A program made the position numbers and the translations under genes. Below are positions 62,120-64,000 of a DNA stretch of 64,000 nucleotides, in pieces; within the stretch, counting starts at the first letter, position 1; every line of letters starts with the position of its first letter. The notes under the pieces are model-generated. The model was not told where the DNA came from, searched no databases, and saw nothing but the letters and a program-made list of their open reading frames with translations. The stretch lies in assembly GCF_004010195.1 (NCBI RefSeq), contig NC_057753.1, positions 9,078,466-9,142,465 on the forward strand, read 5' to 3'. The DNA is from Chiloscyllium plagiosum. Lineage: Eukaryota.

Positions 62120-62660
62120 AGATTATGTCCATTGCTCGCAACATGGTCTCATCCACATTCGGGAAACTGGACGCCAACTTGTGGAATGTTTCAGGGAACA
62201 GCTCTGGGTCATTGAAACTAAATGACCGACCGCCCTGTGGCTGAACACTTTAACTTCCCCTCCCATTCCGCCAAGGACATGCAAATCCTGGGTCTCCTCC
62301 ACTGCGAAACTCTTGCTACCCGTCACTTGTCGAAAAAACACCTCATCTTCTGCCTTGGGACCCTCCAACCACATGGTATCAATGCAGATTTCATCAGTTT
62401 CCTTATTTCCTCTCCCCCACCTTGTCCCAGATCCAACCTTCCAATTTGACCCAACCTCTTGACCTGTCATACCTGTCCACCTTGCTTCGCACCTATTTGC
62501 TCCACCCTCATCTCTGACCTATCACCATCAATCCCTACCTCCATCTACCTATTGCACTCCCAGCTGCCTTCCCTCCAGCCCCACTTCCCTCCCATTTATC
62601 TCTCAGCCTCCTTGGACCACCCTTTATTCCTGATGAAGAGATTATGCTCTAAACCAAGAC
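62120..62660 (+). mobile_element. Penelope-like element 3' fragment (paralog of 27265-27800)
   Basis: YVHCSQHGLIHIRETGRQLVECFREQL; RPVAEHFNFPSHS..DMQILGL...KHLIFCLGTLQPHGINADF. Confidence 0.82.
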
Positions 62661-63559
62661 TGTGATGAAGCAACTTCCTCAACAAATAGGAAATAGCTCC
62701 CAAGTCAGATTTCATTCCCATCTTCTGTTTCCCAGTTCTTTCAGAAATAAGGAATGTCTTTTTCTTCCACACGAAAGTGGTTTTCCACTTTGCGCTGTCT
62801 GAAGTGTTATGCCACACCATAACTTCAGCCAACTTTTAAGAATCCTTTCAACCTGTTTTTCTAACAATTGCGGAGGTGACCAAAAGCAAACATTTCACTC
62901 CTCCTCAATGTCCCATTTCTCCTCCTATGAGCCATTTTGTCATGTTGTCTATGTTACAAGCAGCCGAGTGCACTTGGTTTCTGAATTGAAATATTGACAT
63001 TGACTTGAACAGGATTAATATTTATTGATGGTTCGCTGTGTTTGCACTAACTGTAATTATCCACCAATACGATGTCTTTTGTTCCACCAAAACTGTGTTT
63101 ATATTGCAGTCGGATGTAGAAAATCATCCCAGCGATCTTTCAACGTTATTATAGTTTACTGAGGCCATAACAGCATTACACGGAAGTTTGATATGATTAA
63201 AACTTGGATGGAAAGAGTGTAGATTGATGAGAAGTCAAAATGGCAGAGTCTCTGGCCACAATTGATCTGTCTGGCTTGATTATATGAGTGGCGGCTCTTC
63301 TAGAGCAACTTCCACTCCATCACTTCAACCAGTAAGAGGAGATAAGAGTGAACACAACATCCCAACTGTGAAATATATGCATTGCTTCGATGTTATTGAT
63401 GAAAATCCTGGAACTCGCTCCTGAACCTTTATTATAGACCACATCATATTTGTGAAGTAATTTAAGAGGCAGCTCACCACCACATTTTCAAGGACGGTTT
63501 GGGAAGACTTGCTGGCAGAGCCAATGATATTCACATGATATAGGAGACAGTCTCATCGT

Positions 63560-64000
63560 ATGGATAGATGATTGGCTAACCAATGATACAGTAGGGATAA
63601 GGGGGATGTTCAGGTTCGCAACTTGTAACTCGCAATGTGCCACAGGGATCAGTGCTGGGGCCAAAATTATTTACAATATGGATATGAATTACTTGGATAA
63701 GTGAAGTGAATGTACTATTGCCAAGACTGCAGTAGAGACAGTTGATTGGAATGCAGGTGGTGAGGGTGACATGGAGAGGGACATAGGCATGTTAAGCAAA
63801 TGAGCAAAACCTTGGCCGATAGAATAGAATGTTGGAAAATGAGGTTGTGCACTTTACCAGGCGGAAAAGTCCTGAAAGTTAAATGGACAAAGCTGCTGAA
63901 TAGGAGGATTTGGAAGCTAGAGTCAATGAACTCTTCATCAAAGTTCAGTGAGTAATAGGGAAGGCAAAAGGGAGATTGGCCTTTAAATGGAGTATAAATG
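63560..64000 (+). mobile_element. CR1-clade LINE ORF2 fragment
   Basis: VTRNVPQGSVLGPKLF RT motif. Confidence 0.8.

Larger units (their letters stand above)
58595..64000 (+). repeat. segmental duplication copy B (paralogous to 23699-29255), runs off the window end
   Basis: See copy A. Confidence 0.93.

Overview
Eukaryotic, repeat-dominated window with no intact protein-coding gene. The repeat content (HE1-type SINEs, CR1/HER1-type LINE ends, Penelope-like elements, MEKPWKC-type C2H2 zinc-finger genes) points to a cartilaginous fish, probably a shark; this is inference from family recognition. Positions 1-23198 are a 24-bp satellite (consensus CTGTTCCAGGGCTCACTGCTCACA) with mosaic higher-order structure and assembly gaps. 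All of the long ORFs there are artefacts of a stop-free 24-mer. Positions 23.7-64 kb are a decayed zinc-finger/tRNA cluster: four C2H2 ZNF pseudogene fragments, about 15 tRNA genes or pseudogenes (iMet, Trp, Pro, Ser, Arg, Asn, Glu), a ~5.5-kb segmental duplication, a ~1.3-kb duplication and many retroelement fragments. Two items most deserve follow-up. (1) Two tRNA-Pro(TGG) copies carry homologous introns at the canonical 37/38 site and satisfy the anticodon-intron pair rule. (2) Short fold-back insertions flanked by 14-16-bp target-site duplications are built from Penelope-type termini that carry a minimal hammerhead-ribozyme-like core; a related terminal fragment sits in the satellite as a partial tandem repeat. 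All alignments were done by eye against remembered consensus sequences, and repeat-fragment boundaries are approximate.
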